Under the pieces are notes generated by a model. It saw only the letters and a list, made by a program, of their open reading frames with translations, was not told the DNA's origin and did not search any database. From the sequence record MF158043: 64,000 nt of DNA; one strand, written 5' to 3'. A program made the position numbers and the translations under genes. Positions 61,797-64,000 of the stretch are shown piece after piece; within the stretch, counting starts at the first letter, position 1, and every line of letters starts with the position of its first letter. The stretch is from Shigella phage Sf16.

Positions 61797-62296
61797 TAAA
61801 AATTAAAGGTTTTGGCAATTGCCCTACTTATGGTCACTGGATTTCACTGTGTGGTGAAGTTGACCCATCAAAATACTTTGGTTTTGTATATCTAGTCTAC
61901 TGCAAAAAGACTGGTCAATACTATTTGGGAAAGAAACAATTTAATAACGTCACTAAGAAAAAGGTTGCTGGAAAGACCAGACGTAAAGTCGTGACAAAAG
62001 AAAGTGATTGGATGACTTACCAAACATCTTCTGAGTACATTAAGAAGGATATTGAATCTTTTGGTGAAAAAGAGTTTGACTTCTACATCATCCAGACTTA
62101 CTATACGCGAGGTGGCTTAGTTTATGGCGAAGCTAACCTACAACATAAGTTTGACGTCATGACAAAAAGGATTGACTCTAAGCTTCGACTCTTCTACAAT
62201 GCGAACATTGCAGCAATCAAGTTTCTTACAAAAGAGACCTATGATGAAGCTGAGAAGAGAATCACTAAAATCATGAAACTTAATGAGAGAGTTTAA
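61793..62296 (+). CDS. GIY-YIG-like endonuclease (putative)
   Basis: GFVYLVYCKKTGQYYLGK resembles a GIY-(10)-YIG motif. Confidence 0.4.
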   Translation: MIKIKGFGNCPTYGHWISLCGEVDPSKYFGFVYLVYCKKTGQYYLGKKQFNNVTKKKVAGKTRRKVVTKESDWMTYQTSSEYIKKDIESFGEKEFDFYIIQTYYTRGGLVYGEANLQHKFDVMTKRIDSKLRLFYNANIAAIKFLTKETYDEAEKRITKIMKLNERV

Positions 62297-62513
62297 AATG
62301 TTTAATAAAATCAAAAATGACCATGTTTCTAAAATCCAGAGTGGCGTAGCAGCACTGAAGGAAACTATCAGTAAAGCTAAGTCAGCTACAGAAGCCGAGA
62401 TGGATGCTCTGGAATCACAAATTCAACATCTGTTAAGCAAACGTGTTGAACTCAAAGAACGAATGGACTATATTGAGTCTCAACAAAAGTTGTTTGAAGA
62501 TAAGGAGGCTTAA
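62283..62513 (+). CDS. hypothetical coiled-coil protein
   Basis: ORF track. Confidence 0.4.
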   Translation: MREFKMFNKIKNDHVSKIQSGVAALKETISKAKSATEAEMDALESQIQHLLSKRVELKERMDYIESQQKLFEDKEA

Positions 62514-63277
62514 TGTTTAATTCCAGAGAATCCGTAAGAAATTGGAATCTACGTTGTGGCAATAATCCAAAAGAACCATACAGCACAGAGTATTGGGAAT
62601 CACTGAAAAGCCAATCTCTGTGTATGCTTGAAGAAGCTAGAGAGTTAGTCGCAGCAGTAGAAGCCAAAGACCCTGTTGAGACCCTTGATGCTCAAGCTGA
62701 TTTGCAGTATGTACTTGATGGTTTAATTTTCCTGACACAGCATGACCATGATGGTGCTATCAAGGCTGTTTGTGAAAACAACAACCTCAAATACACAGAT
62801 GACTATCAAGAAGCTGTACAGAGAATGTTTGATATTGAGAAACGTACTGGTGATGAATGTTACCTGCGCCAATCAATTATTGAAGGCAAAGAGTGGTTTG
62901 CGATTATTCGCAAGTCTGATGGTAAGATTATGAAACAGTCTAATCTTCCAAAAGTTCAACTTGAAAGTTTTATTGCAGAAGTTGACGCAAAAGAATTATT
63001 TGTGGTAACATCTGACACATGCGTTATCTGCCAAGGACTGATTGGAAGTCTTGGAAGTCTTGGTAATCTTGGCATTAAAAACTTTTCTAAAGTTGAACCA
63101 ATCTCTTCAAAAGCAGATAAAGACTTCTGCCGTGAGAATGGATTATGGCTTGCGGATATTGTGTACTATGATGGTGAGAAGTTCCATGTAACCTCATATC
63201 CGAAATTGAATTATGATGCAATCAACCTCAAGCAGTGGTTGAAAGGAGTCGGTTATAATGGATTCACAGAACATTAA
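62513..63277 (+). CDS. hypothetical protein (possible MazG-like NTP pyrophosphohydrolase)
   Basis: EEARELVAAVEAKD...LDAQADLQYVLDG E/D-rich segment; weak. Confidence 0.35.
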   Translation: MFNSRESVRNWNLRCGNNPKEPYSTEYWESLKSQSLCMLEEARELVAAVEAKDPVETLDAQADLQYVLDGLIFLTQHDHDGAIKAVCENNNLKYTDDYQEAVQRMFDIEKRTGDECYLRQSIIEGKEWFAIIRKSDGKIMKQSNLPKVQLESFIAEVDAKELFVVTSDTCVICQGLIGSLGSLGNLGIKNFSKVEPISSKADKDFCRENGLWLADIVYYDGEKFHVTSYPKLNYDAINLKQWLKGVGYNGFTEH

Positions 63278-63584
63278 TAAAGGTGAAGAAGTGGTGGCAA
63301 AAAGCCACTTCTCCAACTACAACCTCTCTATGACAGTGTTTATGAATGATTCACTGTTAGACAAGTACGGAGAGAAGCCAGAAACGATTCTGGATAATGA
63401 ACAAGTATTAGCAGCAGTGTTGTATAAGTATGGCTTAAATATTGATAAACCGTACTCTTACGAGATTTGCCAGCACAGAAATACTTTTGGTAAAGTTGTT
63501 GTAGCCCCCCTGTTCATGGGTGTAGAGCGCACAGATGACCAGTGGATTTACTTGAAACGAAACTTGGATAGATATCATGTCTAA
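63258..63584 (+). CDS. hypothetical protein
   Basis: ORF track. Confidence 0.4.
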   Translation: MDSQNINKGEEVVAKSHFSNYNLSMTVFMNDSLLDKYGEKPETILDNEQVLAAVLYKYGLNIDKPYSYEICQHRNTFGKVVVAPLFMGVERTDDQWIYLKRNLDRYHV

Positions 63585-63912
63585 AATTAAAAAGTTAACT
63601 AAAGAAGAAATCAAAGCTGGTGAAGAACTAGGTAATGATAAGTTTGGTGAGACATTACATCATGGTGACTTTGTAATGTACACTGAAGATTGCAAAGGTC
63701 GCAGTGATATCAAATTTGGACGAGTTGTCTGCAAAGTACGTGGTAACTTTTCAATTGCACGACTTGAAGAAGATATTAGTGAGAAGCTTGACATGGCATT
63801 TGATGAAGGTAAACGTTACTGGTACATGAATACAATGTCTAAAGGTTCACTGACAAAAGTATCACAGAAGTTCGTTGAACTCTGGGAAAGTAAAAAGATT
63901 TTCAGCATTTAA
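63577..63912 (+). CDS. hypothetical protein
   Basis: ORF track. Confidence 0.4.
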   Translation: MSKIKKLTKEEIKAGEELGNDKFGETLHHGDFVMYTEDCKGRSDIKFGRVVCKVRGNFSIARLEEDISEKLDMAFDEGKRYWYMNTMSKGSLTKVSQKFVELWESKKIFSI

Positions 63913-64000
63913 TCTCTAAGGGGTCTCTTCGGAGACCCTTTTTCACCTGTAGGATTTAATATAATGATTACTACTATTCGCAAATCAGACGGTACAATCG

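Overview
This window reads as a contiguous stretch of a virulent, low-GC tailed phage genome, probably infecting a Gram-negative host (sigma70-like TTGACA promoters, T4-type GH24 endolysin). The lineage is not resolved from sequence alone. All calls are by eye from the sequence and the ORF track; no searches were run. Layout: (1) 1-3450, plus-strand early region of about 9 small genes, each behind a repeated promoter/RBS cassette; (2) 3520-5015, a 1.5 kb non-coding stretch dense in short direct repeats; (3) 5044-13620, minus-strand block of mostly unknown genes plus endolysin and Ig-like repeat proteins; (4) 14011-15876, a TROVE/Ro60-like vWA protein; (5) 15895-21210, a tRNA/ncRNA island with roughly 29 tRNA or tRNA-like genes, an HNH endonuclease and several non-tRNA structured RNAs; (6) 21336-45116, morphogenesis module (terminase, portal, prohead protease, capsid, sheath/tube, tape measure, baseplate, two His-box tail fibers); (7) 45152-54421 minus strand, thymidylate synthase, DHFR, DNA ligase, family A DNA polymerase; (8) 54681-63912, replication module (dNMP kinase, primase-helicase, SSB-like, 5'-3' exonuclease, two homing-endonuclease-like genes). 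The most interesting candidate is a Ro60/Rsr-like protein sitting next to a four-copy family of hairpin RNAs in the tRNA island, one of which carries a permuted tRNA-like domain (T-arm, closed acceptor-like hairpin, D-arm), the architecture known for bacterial YrlA-type Y RNAs. Several tRNAs are also atypical.
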